Positions 1 to 8,773 of a stretch of 28,966 bases of DNA are shown here, piece after piece. The position numbers and the translations under genes were made by a program. The stretch lies in assembly GCA_947085095.1 (NCBI GenBank), contig CAMTVD010000032.1, positions 1 through 28,966 on the forward strand, in the 5' to 3' direction. A model generated the notes under the pieces. The model worked only from the letters and a program-made list of their open reading frames with translations, ran no database searches and had not been told where the DNA came from. Source of the DNA: an uncultured Thermus sp. (GTDB lineage Bacteria > Deinococcota > Deinococci > Deinococcales > Thermaceae). The stretch's first letter is position 1. Each line of letters begins with the position of its first letter.

Positions 1-67
1 GCAAAACCTCGGCCACCGTCTCCCGCACCGCTTCCCTCAGCAAGATTCGCAAGGTATCCTGGTCCAC
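1..67 (-). CDS. IS256-family transposase, N-terminal fragment (MDQDTLRILLREAVRETVAEVL...), runs off the window
   Basis: GTG at 67 on the minus strand, preceded by GAGGAGG. The translated N-terminus matches my recollection of Thermus IS256 transposases. Confidence 0.8.
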   Translation of the reverse strand, partial: MDQDTLRILLREAVRETVAEVL

Positions 68-139
68 GGGGCACCTCCTCGTGCTAAGGTGTGCCCCCCT
101 ATTAAACACGGACCCTTACACATAAATCCTTACACGACC
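1..139 (-). mobile_element. Left end of an IS256-family insertion sequence (ISTth4-like), truncated by the window edge
   Basis: The minus strand begins GGTCGTGTAAGGATTTATGTGTAAG (IS256-type GG-terminated inverted-repeat end), with an internal direct repeat CCTTACAC at 114-121 and 128-135. It is followed by a GGAGG RBS and a transposase start. Confidence 0.85.
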
Positions 140-1382
140 GGACGGTTCCTTGGTGAACGGGAATGTCTATGACAGCAAGGAGGAGGTCTACCTCAACGGC
201 GGGCCACCTCCCAACGCCCCCTGCACCGCCGCAGGCCTGCCGGACGGGGACTACTACTTCCAGGTCACGGACCCCTCGGGAAGCGTGCTCCTCAGCAGCG
301 ACTCCATAAGCGAGCGGAAGGTGAGGGTGACGGGCGGGGTCATTACCCACTACCTGGGCACCACCCACGCCGTGGGCATAGGCCGCTGCCCCGGGGCCAT
401 CTCCGTGGCCCTCTTCCCCTACGCCGACACCCCCAACCCCGGGGGCGAGTACAAGGTCTGGATCACCCGGGTAGGGGACTACGACCCCACCAAGGGGGTC
501 TTCGGCTTCCTCCCCGCCAAGAGCAAGACGGACAACTTCAAAGTGCGCCCCCCAACGCCCCCTGAGGAGCCCCCCGACGTGACCATTTTCGGCCACAAGT
601 GGTACGACACCAACACCAACGGGGCTTGGGACCCGGGCGAGCCCGCTATCCCGGGCTGGCGCATTGAGAAGGTGCCCCCCGAGCCTTCGGACGTGACCTA
701 CACCAGCACCAGTGGCCAGTACAGCTTCCTGGTGCCCGCAAACTCTGGCCCTTACACCATCTCCGAGGTGCCCCCACCCCCCGGCTGGTGGCCTACTGGC
801 CGGTGGATCAACACCACCCCCACCTCCGGCACGGTGACCGTGGGGACGGAGGACGCCCAGGGCCCCGACTTCGGCAACGTCTGCCTGGGCGCCGGCGGCG
901 GCCGGACCCTGGGCTTCTGGAGCAACCGGAACGGCCAGAGCGTCATGAACGGCCTGGGCATGTCCACCCTCCTGGCCGAGCTCAGGGCTCTGAACCTGGT
1001 GAAGGCGGACGGCTCTCCCTTTGACCCCCATAGCTACTCGGAGTTCCGCTCCTGGCTCCTCTCCGCCAACGCCACCAACATGGCCTACATGCTCTCCGCC
1101 CAGATGGCAGCCATGTACCTGAACGTGCATGCCGGGTTCGTGAGCGGAAGCGCTCTGGTCTACGCCCCGGGCACCTCTAGCGCCAACCCCGCGGGCTTCG
1201 CCACCGTGGGAGCTCTCCTGCATGAGGCCAATGCGGAGCTCGGCACCCACCCCACGGCCTACGACGGGGACGCCTGGCGGAGCTACCAGGAGGCTCTGAA
1301 GAACGCCTTTGACTGGGCCAACAACAACCTCACCTTCGTCCAGCCCGGCCCCGAGGCCTGCCCCTTTGATAGCCCCTACTGA
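140..1382 (+). pseudogene. IS-interrupted (5'-truncated) secreted/surface protein with SdrD B-like domain
   Basis: The open frame runs right up to the IS end (DGSLVNGNVY...), with no RBS and no signal peptide. It contains a Pro-rich linker (PPTPPEEPP), an SdrD-B-like segment (GHKWYDTNTNGAWDPGEPAIPGW) and a C-terminal GRTLGFWSN domain. Codon usage is typical of a real gene. Confidence 0.7.
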
Positions 1383-1396
1383 GGGCTTTCCCCACC

Positions 1397-1424
1397 AAGC
1401 CCCCCCTTCCGGGGGGCTTCTTTT
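1397..1424 (+). terminator. Rho-independent terminator
   Basis: AAGCCCCCC-cttcc-GGGGGGCTT stem-loop followed by CTTTT, about 15 nt after the stop codon. Confidence 0.75.
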
Positions 1425-1436
1425 ATGCTGGAGGCC

Positions 1437-2096
1437 GTGGACCTGGAGGCCTTTGCCGATGGCCTAGCTCAGTGCCGCCTCTGCCCCAGGCTCGTGGCCT
1501 GGCGCGAGGGGGTGGCGGGGACCAGGCGGGCCTTCCGTGAGGAGGTCTACTGGTCCAAGCCGGTACCTGGGTTCGGGGATCCGAAGGCCAGGATCCTCCT
1601 CTTCGGCCTGGCCCCCGGGGCCCACGGGGCCAACCGCACGGGCCGCCCCTTCACCGGGGACGCCTCCGGGGCCTTCCTCTACCCCCTCCTCCACCAGGCG
1701 GGCCTCGCCAGCAAGCCGGAAAGCCTCCCCGGGGATGACCTGAGGCTCCACGGCATCTACCTCACGGCGGCGGTGCGGTGCGCCCCGCCGCAAAACCGGC
1801 CCACTCCCGAGGAGGTCAGGACCTGCGCCCGCTGGACGGAAGTGGAGCTTTCCCTCCTCCCCGAGCTCCGGGTTTACCTGGCCTTGGGGCGCATCGCCCA
1901 CGAGGCCCTTCTCGCCTACTTTGGCCTCAGAAAGCGGGACTTCCCCTTCGCCCACGGCCAGGTCCACCCCCTGGGAGAGGAGCGGTACCTGGTGGACAGC
2001 TACCACGTCTCCCGGCAGAACACCCAGACGGGAAGGCTCACCCGGGAGATGTTCCTCGAGGTCCTCCTCCGGGCTAAGCGCCTCGCCGGGCTTTGA
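1437..2096 (+). CDS. udgB: Family 5 uracil-DNA glycosylase (UDGb), [4Fe-4S]
   Basis: Motifs CxxC (CRLCPRL), GLAPGAHGANRTGRPFTGD, VRCAPP and YHVSRQN. GTG start at 1437, 7 nt after the -10-like TATGCT, gives 219 aa. Confidence 0.93.
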   Translation: MDLEAFADGLAQCRLCPRLVAWREGVAGTRRAFREEVYWSKPVPGFGDPKARILLFGLAPGAHGANRTGRPFTGDASGAFLYPLLHQAGLASKPESLPGDDLRLHGIYLTAAVRCAPPQNRPTPEEVRTCARWTEVELSLLPELRVYLALGRIAHEALLAYFGLRKRDFPFAHGQVHPLGEERYLVDSYHVSRQNTQTGRLTREMFLEVLLRAKRLAGL

Positions 2097-3801
2097 GCCA
2101 GGCCATGAGCTCCGGGTAGGAAAGCGTGTTCAAGACCCTTTCCGGGCCGATCCAGGCCCGCTTTGCCGTGCCCACGGAGAGCTCCATGAAGCGGAGGTGG
2201 TCCACCTGGTGGGCGTCGGTGGAGAGGCTCATCCACAGGCCCATCCCGTAGGCCATGCGGGCCAGGTCGTCGGGGAGGTCCATGCGGTCGTAGTAGCCGT
2301 CAATCTCCACTGCCACCCCCCGCTCCAGGGCCTTCCGGAAGATGGCCTCCCAGTCTGCCTCTATGGGAGGCCTCCGGCCGATGAGCCGGGCGGTGGGGTG
2401 GGCGAGGACGTGGACGAAGGGGTTTTCCAGGGCCTTGAGGATGCGCCTTGTCTGCTCCGCTTTGGGGAGCTTGAACTGGGAATGGATGGAGACCAAGACG
2501 ATGTCCAGCTCCCTCAGGACCCAGTCCGGGTAGTCCAGGGAGCCGTCGGGCCGGATGTCCACCTCCGCCCCCGCCAGGAGGTAGGGCGGGCCGTGGGCCT
2601 CGTTGAAGCGGCGGATGGCCTCTATCCGCTTCAAGGCCTCCTCCGCCGAGGGCCCCCCCGCCACCCGCACCGCCGGGGAGTGGTCGGTAACCGCCAGGTA
2701 CTCGTAGCCCAGTTCCCTGGCCGCTTGCCAGAGTTCCTCGAGGGTGTTCTGGCCGTCGGAGTAGGTGGAGTGGACCTGGAGGTCCCCCTTCACCTGGGAA
2801 AGCTCCAAAAGCCGGGGAAGGGATCCCCTCTGGGCCGCCTCTATCTCCCCGTGGTCCTCCCTCAGGGGCGGGGGGATGTAGGGGAGGCCCAGGGCGGCGT
2901 AGACCCCTTCCTCCGTCTCCCCAGCCACTTTCTCTTCCCCCCGAAAGACCCCGTACTCCGAAAGCTTTAGGCCCTTATCCTGCGCTAAAGTCCGGAGGCG
3001 AATGGAGTGCTCCTTGCTCCCCGTGAGGTACTGGAGGCCCGCCCCGTAGCTTTCGGGGGGCACCACCCGGAGGTCCACCTGGAGGCCGTTTTTCAGGAAG
3101 ACCGTGGCCCGCTCCTTCCCCTTGGCGTAGACCTCCCTCACCCCGGGCAGGGCCACGAAGCCGGCCACCACCCTCTCCGGCTCCCGGCTCGCCACCAGGT
3201 AGTCCAGGTCCCCCACGGTGTCCTTGTAGCGGCGGGCGGAGCCGCAAAGCTCCGCCTCCGCCACCCCGGGAAGGGCCCGGATCTGCTCCAGCAGGTTTCG
3301 CGCCAGGGAGAGCACCGCCCCCAAAGGCCTTCTCTTCCCCGCCGCCTGGGCCAGGAGAAGCCCTTCCCGGATGCGCTCCGCCTTCTTGGCCCCAAAGCCC
3401 TTCAGCCTTAGGAGGTCTCCCCTTTCCAGGGCCTCCTTCAGCTTCCCCAGGGAGTCTATGCCCAGGGCCTCGTAAAGCTGGAGGGCGGTCTTGGGCCCCA
3501 CCCCGGGGACCTCCATGACCTCGAGGACCCCTCTCGGCACCTTCTCGCTCAGCTCCTCGTGCTTCTTCACCTTCCCCGTGGCAAGGTACTCCAGAATCTT
3601 CTCCGCCAGGTCGGGGCCAATGCCGGGAAGCTCCAAGAGGGCCTCCTTGCCCTTCCTGGCCACCTCCTCTATGGGGGTGTCCAGATCGTAGAGGGTGCGG
3701 GCCGCCTGGTGGTAGGCCCGGGCCCGGAAGGGGTTGTCCCCCAAAAACTCGCTCATCAGCCCGATCTCCTCAAAGATCCGGGCCAGCTCCTGGTTTCTCA
3801 T
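2074..3801 (-). CDS. polX: DNA polymerase X / 3'-5' exonuclease (PolX + PHP domain)
   Basis: HhH motifs (LPGIG, VPGVG), GSARRYKDTVGDLD catalytic aspartates, VDLR, and PHP motifs (DLQVHSTYSDG, TDHS, LAHPT, STDAH); 575 aa. Confidence 0.96.
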   Translation of the reverse strand: MRNQELARIFEEIGLMSEFLGDNPFRARAYHQAARTLYDLDTPIEEVARKGKEALLELPGIGPDLAEKILEYLATGKVKKHEELSEKVPRGVLEVMEVPGVGPKTALQLYEALGIDSLGKLKEALERGDLLRLKGFGAKKAERIREGLLLAQAAGKRRPLGAVLSLARNLLEQIRALPGVAEAELCGSARRYKDTVGDLDYLVASREPERVVAGFVALPGVREVYAKGKERATVFLKNGLQVDLRVVPPESYGAGLQYLTGSKEHSIRLRTLAQDKGLKLSEYGVFRGEEKVAGETEEGVYAALGLPYIPPPLREDHGEIEAAQRGSLPRLLELSQVKGDLQVHSTYSDGQNTLEELWQAARELGYEYLAVTDHSPAVRVAGGPSAEEALKRIEAIRRFNEAHGPPYLLAGAEVDIRPDGSLDYPDWVLRELDIVLVSIHSQFKLPKAEQTRRILKALENPFVHVLAHPTARLIGRRPPIEADWEAIFRKALERGVAVEIDGYYDRMDLPDDLARMAYGMGLWMSLSTDAHQVDHLRFMELSVGTAKRAWIGPERVLNTLSYPELMAWLKARRGA

Positions 3802-3807
3802 GGCCTC

Positions 3808-3823
3808 ACTATACGCGTATACT
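3808..3823. promoter_or_regulatory. Back-to-back -10 boxes for polX (TATAGT, minus) and the HTH gene (TATACT, plus), forming the palindrome TATACGCGTATA
   Basis: ACTATA at 3808-3813 lies 6 nt from the polX ATG, and TATACT is at 3818-3823. Positions 3810-3821 form a perfect 12-bp palindrome. Confidence 0.65.
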
Positions 3824-3836
3824 GCTCCCAGCGCCC

Positions 3837-4085
3837 ATGCCTAGGCCGGACCGTTTCCGCAAAGCTGTGGTGGAACTCCTGAAGGCCGAGGGGCGTCCCC
3901 TGCACTACACCGAGATCGGCCGCCGCCTCAAGGAGATGGGCCTCTGGGCCCAGGTGCGGGAACCGGAGAAGATCGCCAAGGTGCGCCTCTCGGCCCTGGC
4001 CCGCTGGGCAAGAAGCCCGGTGGTGGCCCTGGGGGAGGGGCTTTACGCCCTCAGGGAAGAAGGCGGTACGAGGCCAGAACCTTGA
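3837..4085 (+). CDS. Small winged-helix protein, HARE-HTH (HB1/ASXL/restriction endonuclease HTH)-like
   Basis: 82 aa with the pattern AVVELLKAEGRPLHYTEIGRRL...ALGEGLYALRE, typical of HARE-HTH / RNAP-delta N-terminal domains. Confidence 0.7.
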   Translation: MPRPDRFRKAVVELLKAEGRPLHYTEIGRRLKEMGLWAQVREPEKIAKVRLSALARWARSPVVALGEGLYALREEGGTRPEP

Positions 4086-5049
4086 GGTAGTTGGCCCGCT
4101 CAAAGGCGGCGGGCTCGGCCACCTTCTGGTAGCTCATCGCCCCCCGCATCTCCTCCACGCTCTCGTACCCTTTTTCCTCCATGAAGGCCTGGAGCTCCGA
4201 GAGCACGGTGCGGAAGTGGGATGGGCCCCTCTCCAGGATGGCGGAGGTCATCATCACCACCTGGGCCCCGGCCAGAATCCCTTTCACCGCTTCCTTTCCC
4301 GAATGCGCCCCTCCGGTGAGGGCCAGCTCCAGGTCCAGCCGGCCGTAGAGCAGGGCGATCCAGTGGGTCCGCAAAAGGGCCTCGTAGGGCCGGGAGAGGC
4401 TCAGGGTGGGGACCACGGAGAGGGTTTCCAGGTCAAAGTCCGGCTGGTAGAAGCGGTTGAAGAGCACCAAGGCCTTGGCCCCCGTCCCCTCCACCCGCTT
4501 GGCGAAGTGGGCGAAGGCGGTGAAGGCGTGGCCCACCTTGACGGCCACGGGAATCCGGACGCTTTCCACCACCGCCCGGATGGTGTCCAGGTACATGCCC
4601 TCCACCTCAACCCCCGAGAGAGCGGGGTCGGTGGGGATGTAGTAGAGGTTGAGCTCCAGGGCGTCGGCCCCCGCCTCCTCCAAGAGCCGGGCGTACTCCA
4701 CCCAGCCTCCCTGGCTCACCCCGTTCAGGCTGGCGATGATGGGAATGGAAACCCGCTCCTTGGCCCGGGAGAGGAGGTCCAGGTGGCGCTCGGGGGTGAG
4801 GCGGTACTCGTGGGCCTTGGGGAAGTAAGAAAGGGCCTCGGCGTAGCTCTCGTGGCCGTAGTGGAGGTAGTGGTCCAAAGCCTCCTCTTCCCGGAGGACC
4901 TGTTCCTCAAAAAGGGAGTGCATGACGATGGCCGCCGCCCCCCCGTCCTCGAGGCGCAGGAAGCCGTCCAGCTTCTCCGTCAGGGGGGAGGCGGAGGCCA
5001 CCAGAGGGTGCTCCAGCTTAAGCCCGAGGTATGTGGTCCTGAGATCCAT
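4051..5049 (-). CDS. Dihydroorotate dehydrogenase-like FMN flavoprotein (PFOR-associated family)
   Basis: MDLRTTYLGLKLEHPLVASASPL N-terminus, IPIIASLNG, ALELN, PVAVK, VLFNRFYQPD and TGG motifs; AGGAGG RBS; 10 nt downstream of nifJ. Confidence 0.85.
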   Translation of the reverse strand: MDLRTTYLGLKLEHPLVASASPLTEKLDGFLRLEDGGAAAIVMHSLFEEQVLREEEALDHYLHYGHESYAEALSYFPKAHEYRLTPERHLDLLSRAKERVSIPIIASLNGVSQGGWVEYARLLEEAGADALELNLYYIPTDPALSGVEVEGMYLDTIRAVVESVRIPVAVKVGHAFTAFAHFAKRVEGTGAKALVLFNRFYQPDFDLETLSVVPTLSLSRPYEALLRTHWIALLYGRLDLELALTGGAHSGKEAVKGILAGAQVVMMTSAILERGPSHFRTVLSELQAFMEEKGYESVEEMRGAMSYQKVAEPAAFERANYLKVLASYRLLP

Positions 5050-5059
5050 GGCCTCCTCC

Positions 5060-8000
5060 TTAGACTACCGCAGGCCCTTTGGCCGCCATCCGCTCTAGCC
5101 TTTCCCAGCGGGCCTTCACCGCCTCCTCCGCCATCCTCAGGAAGATGTCCGCCTCTTCGGGGTGGGTCTGGAGGAGGAGGCGGTAGCGGTTTTCCGCATA
5201 GAGGTACTCCCTAAGAGGGAGGGTGGGCGGCTTGGAGTCCAGGATTAAGCCTTCCCCGGGCTTGTAGCGGAAGAGGGGCCAGTAGCCCGAGCGCTCCGCC
5301 ATCTTCTGGTGGTCCATGCCCTTGGCCATGTCAATGCCGTGGGCGATGCAGTGGCTGTAGGCGATGATCAGGGCCGGTCCCTGGTGGGCCTCGGCCTCGA
5401 GGAGGGCCCGCAGGGTGTGGGCGTCGTTTGCCCCCATGGCGATCTGGGCCACGTAGACGTGCCCGTAGCTCATGGCCATGAAGGCCAGGTCCTTCTTGGG
5501 GGTGGGCTTGCCCGCCATGGCGAACTTGGCGATGGCCCCCAGGCCCGTGGCCTTGGAGGCTTGGCCACCGGTGTTGGAATAGACCTCGGTGTCCAGGACC
5601 AGGACCTTCACATTCGCCCCGCTGGCCAGGACGTGATCCAGCCCCCCATAGCCGATATCGTAGGCCCAGCCGTCCCCGCCCACAATCCAGACCGAGTGGG
5701 GAATGAGGGCGTCGGCCACCGCCAGGAGGTCCTTGGCCCGGGGGTCCTCTAACGAAGCGAGCCTTTCCCTCAGAAGGGCCACGTCCCGCCGCCTTTCCTC
5801 CAGTCCCTGGGGCCCCACCTCCTTAAGAAGCCTCTCCACCAGGGCCTCCCCCAGGACCTGCCGGAACTCGGGAAGGAGCTTCCTGGCGTACTCCGCCTTC
5901 TTGTCCAGGGCCAGGCGCATGCCCAGGCCGAACTCGCCGTTGTCCTCAAAGAGGGAGTTGGCCCAGGCGGGACCCCGGCCCTCCTTGTTCTTGGACCAGG
6001 GGGTGGTGGGCAGGTTCCCCCCGTAGATGGAGCTGCACCCGGTGGCATTGGCCACCAGGAGGCGGTCGCCGAAAAGCTGGGAGAGGAGGCGGAGGTAGGG
6101 GGTTTCCCCACAGCCCGCGCAGGCCCCGGGGAACTCAAAGAGGGGCTCTAAGAGCTGGACGTCCTTCACGGTGTGGAGCTTGAGGCCCGCCCTGGGGGTT
6201 TCCGGTAGGGATAGGAAGAAGTCCCAGTGCCGGTTCAAAGCCTCCCGGACCTCGAGGCGGGGGACCATGTTCAGGGCCTTGCGGCTGGGGTTGCGCTTGT
6301 CCTTGGCGGGGCAGGCCTCCACGCAGAGGGCGCACCCCGTGCAGTCCTCGGGGCTGATGGCGATGGTGAACTCCCCGGAAAGCTCCTTCCACATGGCCTT
6401 GCGGTGGGGGAAGCCCTCGGGAGCCCCCTGGAGGGCCTCCCCCGGCACCACCTTGGCCCGGATCACCGCATGGGGGCAGACCAAGACGCACTTCCCGCAC
6501 TGGACGCAGATGTCCGGGTCCCAGGCGGGCACGAACTCGGCGATGCCCCGCTTCTCGTAGCGGGCGGTGCCCGTGGGGTAGGTGCCGTCTGGGGGGAAGA
6601 GGGAAACGGGGAGGCTATCCCCCAGGCCCAAGGCGATGGGTCCCAGCACCTCCCGCACGAAGGGGGGCGCCTCCCCCACCATGGGCGGGATCAGGCCCTT
6701 CTCCGAGGTAACGCGACCAGGGAGGGGAAGGGGTTCCACCGCCTCAAACCCCAGGTCCACCGCCTGGAAGTTCTTCTCCAAAACGCCTCTTCCCCGCCTA
6801 CCGTAACTCTTCTCAATGCCCTTTTTGATGCGGGCTCTGGCCTCTTCCTCGGGAAGGACTCCAGAAAGCTTGAAGAAGGCCGCCTGCATGATGGTGTTGA
6901 TGCGCCCGGGGAGGCCCACCTGGCGGGCCAGCTCGTAGGCGTTCACCACATAGACCTTGAGGTTTTTCCGGAGGATCTCCTCCTGCACGGGCTTGGGAAG
7001 CTTGTCCCAGACCTCCTCCTTGGGGTAGGGGGCGTTCAGGAGGACCGTGGCCCCCTCCTCCGCCAGCTGGAGCATGGGGAGGCGCTCCAGGAAGCCCCAC
7101 TGGTGGATGGCCACAAAGCTGGCCTTCTGAATCAGGTAGGGCTTCTGCAGGGGATTGGGCCCAAAGCGCAGGTGGCTCACCGTGCGGGAGCCCGACTTCT
7201 TGGAATCGTAGACGAAGTACCCCTGGGCGTGGAGGGGCGTCTCCTCGCCGATGATCTTGATGGTGTTCTTGTTGGCAGAGACCGTCCCATCGGCCCCCAG
7301 GGCGAAAAAGACCGCCCGCACCGAGGCGGGGTCCTCAAAGTCCACATCGGGGTAAGGGAGGCTCCTTTCCGTGAGGTCGTCCACGATGCCCACGGTGAAG
7401 CCGTGGCGGGGCCGCTCCTTCTTGAGCTCTTCGTAGACCCCGAGGGCCATGGCCGGGGTGAACTCCTTGGAGGAAAGCCCGTACCGCCCCCCCACCAAGA
7501 GGGGAAGCTCTCCCCCCTTCAGGGCCAAGGCCGCCGCCACCTCCTGGAAGAGGGGCTCCCCCACCGCCCCGGGCTCTTTGCCCCGGTCCAGCACCGCCAC
7601 CTTTTTGGCGGTGGGGGGAAGGGCCTGGAGAAAGGCCTCCACGTGGAAGGGGCGGTAGAGCCGGACTCTCACCATCCCCACCCGCTCCCCCCGTTTGAGG
7701 AGGTGCTCCACCGCCTCCTCCACCGCAAAGGAGGCGGAGCCCATGACCACCACCACCCGCTCCGCCGCGGGGTGGCCGAAGTACTCGTAGGGTAGGTACC
7801 GCCTGCCGGTGATCTCGGCGAAGCGGTCCATCACCTCCTGGACCACCCCGGGCAGGCGGTCGTAGTAGGGGTTGATGGCCTCGCGGTTTTGGAAGTAGTG
7901 GTCGGGGTTTTGCGCCGTCCCCCGGATCACCGGGGCCTCGGGGGTGAGGGCCCGTTTGCGGAAGGCCTCGAGGGCCTCCCAAGGAAAGAGGGCTTTGAGC

Positions 8001-8563
8001 TCCCGGTCGGAAAGGGGGGTGATCTTCTGCACCTCGTGGGAGGTGCGGAAGCCGTCCATGGCGTGGAGGAAGGGCAGGCTGGCCTTAAGGGCCGAGAGGT
8101 GGGCGATGGCCGCCAGGTCCTGGGCCGCCTGCACGGAGTCGGAAACCAGGATGGCCCAGCCCGTGGGACGGACGGCGTAGAGGTCCTGGTGGTCGCCAAA
8201 GATGGAAAGGGCGTGGGTGGCGAGGGCCCTTGCGGCCACGTGGATCACCCCGGGAAAGGCCTGCCCGGCGATCTTGTACATGTCGGGGATCATGAGGAGG
8301 AGTCCCTGGCTGGCGGTGAAGGTGGTGGCCAAAGTCCCCTGCTGCAAGGCTCCGTGCAGGGCCCCCGCCGCTCCCCCCTCGGACTGCATCTCCACCACCT
8401 TGGGCACCAGGCCCAGGAGGTTGGGCTCCCCCTTGGCCGCCCACTCGTCGGAAAGCTCCGCCATGGGGCTGGAAGGGGTGATGGGATAGATGGCGATGAC
8501 CTCGGAGAGGCGGTAGGCCACCCGGGCCACCGCCTCGTTACCGTCCACGGTGATGGGGCGCAT
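5060..8563 (-). CDS. nifJ: Pyruvate:ferredoxin (flavodoxin) oxidoreductase, single-chain NifJ type
   Basis: YPITPSS, EMQSEGGAAG, two CxxCxxCxxxCP ferredoxin motifs, GACAGCGE and the TPP motif GGDGWAYDIG. The ATG at 8563 follows GAGGTG (alternative GTG start at 8572). Confidence 0.95.
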   Translation of the reverse strand: MRPITVDGNEAVARVAYRLSEVIAIYPITPSSPMAELSDEWAAKGEPNLLGLVPKVVEMQSEGGAAGALHGALQQGTLATTFTASQGLLLMIPDMYKIAGQAFPGVIHVAARALATHALSIFGDHQDLYAVRPTGWAILVSDSVQAAQDLAAIAHLSALKASLPFLHAMDGFRTSHEVQKITPLSDRELKALFPWEALEAFRKRALTPEAPVIRGTAQNPDHYFQNREAINPYYDRLPGVVQEVMDRFAEITGRRYLPYEYFGHPAAERVVVVMGSASFAVEEAVEHLLKRGERVGMVRVRLYRPFHVEAFLQALPPTAKKVAVLDRGKEPGAVGEPLFQEVAAALALKGGELPLLVGGRYGLSSKEFTPAMALGVYEELKKERPRHGFTVGIVDDLTERSLPYPDVDFEDPASVRAVFFALGADGTVSANKNTIKIIGEETPLHAQGYFVYDSKKSGSRTVSHLRFGPNPLQKPYLIQKASFVAIHQWGFLERLPMLQLAEEGATVLLNAPYPKEEVWDKLPKPVQEEILRKNLKVYVVNAYELARQVGLPGRINTIMQAAFFKLSGVLPEEEARARIKKGIEKSYGRRGRGVLEKNFQAVDLGFEAVEPLPLPGRVTSEKGLIPPMVGEAPPFVREVLGPIALGLGDSLPVSLFPPDGTYPTGTARYEKRGIAEFVPAWDPDICVQCGKCVLVCPHAVIRAKVVPGEALQGAPEGFPHRKAMWKELSGEFTIAISPEDCTGCALCVEACPAKDKRNPSRKALNMVPRLEVREALNRHWDFFLSLPETPRAGLKLHTVKDVQLLEPLFEFPGACAGCGETPYLRLLSQLFGDRLLVANATGCSSIYGGNLPTTPWSKNKEGRGPAWANSLFEDNGEFGLGMRLALDKKAEYARKLLPEFRQVLGEALVERLLKEVGPQGLEERRRDVALLRERLASLEDPRAKDLLAVADALIPHSVWIVGGDGWAYDIGYGGLDHVLASGANVKVLVLDTEVYSNTGGQASKATGLGAIAKFAMAGKPTPKKDLAFMAMSYGHVYVAQIAMGANDAHTLRALLEAEAHQGPALIIAYSHCIAHGIDMAKGMDHQKMAERSGYWPLFRYKPGEGLILDSKPPTLPLREYLYAENRYRLLLQTHPEEADIFLRMAEEAVKARWERLERMAAKGPAVV

Positions 8564-8632
8564 AGGCTTCACCTCTTCCCCACCCTACCCCCACCCCGAG
8601 GTGAGGAATGTCCCAGGGGGTAGAATGGGGGC

Positions 8633-8773
8633 ATGCTGGGCCCTTTCCGCTATCCCCTCGCCCTCCTCTTCCTCCTCCTGGCCCTCTTCCTCGAGGCCTA
8701 CCGGCCCCTTTTCCTCCTCCTCTCTGGCCTGGCCCTTCTTCTGGGAAGGCCCAGGTCCTGCCCCCGCCCTTGA
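8633..8773 (+). CDS. Small 46-aa hydrophobic (two-TM) membrane protein, leaderless, not in the ORF track
   Basis: MLGPFRYPLALLFLLLALFLEAYRPLFLLLSGLALLLGRPRSCPRP*. TAGAAT -10 at 8621-8626 lies 6 nt before the ATG. Codons are Thermus-like (CTC/CTG/TTC rich). Confidence 0.65.
   Translation: MLGPFRYPLALLFLLLALFLEAYRPLFLLLSGLALLLGRPRSCPRP

Noticed and set aside
114..160. Outward hybrid promoter from the IS256 end (CTTACA as -35) rescuing the truncated gene
   Set aside because: There is no convincing -10 at 16-18 nt spacing and no RBS before the TTG/GTG codons.
4051..5049. Assigning pyrD
   Set aside because: The catalytic SCPN loop is absent, there is no pyr gene context, and the gene is linked to nifJ instead.
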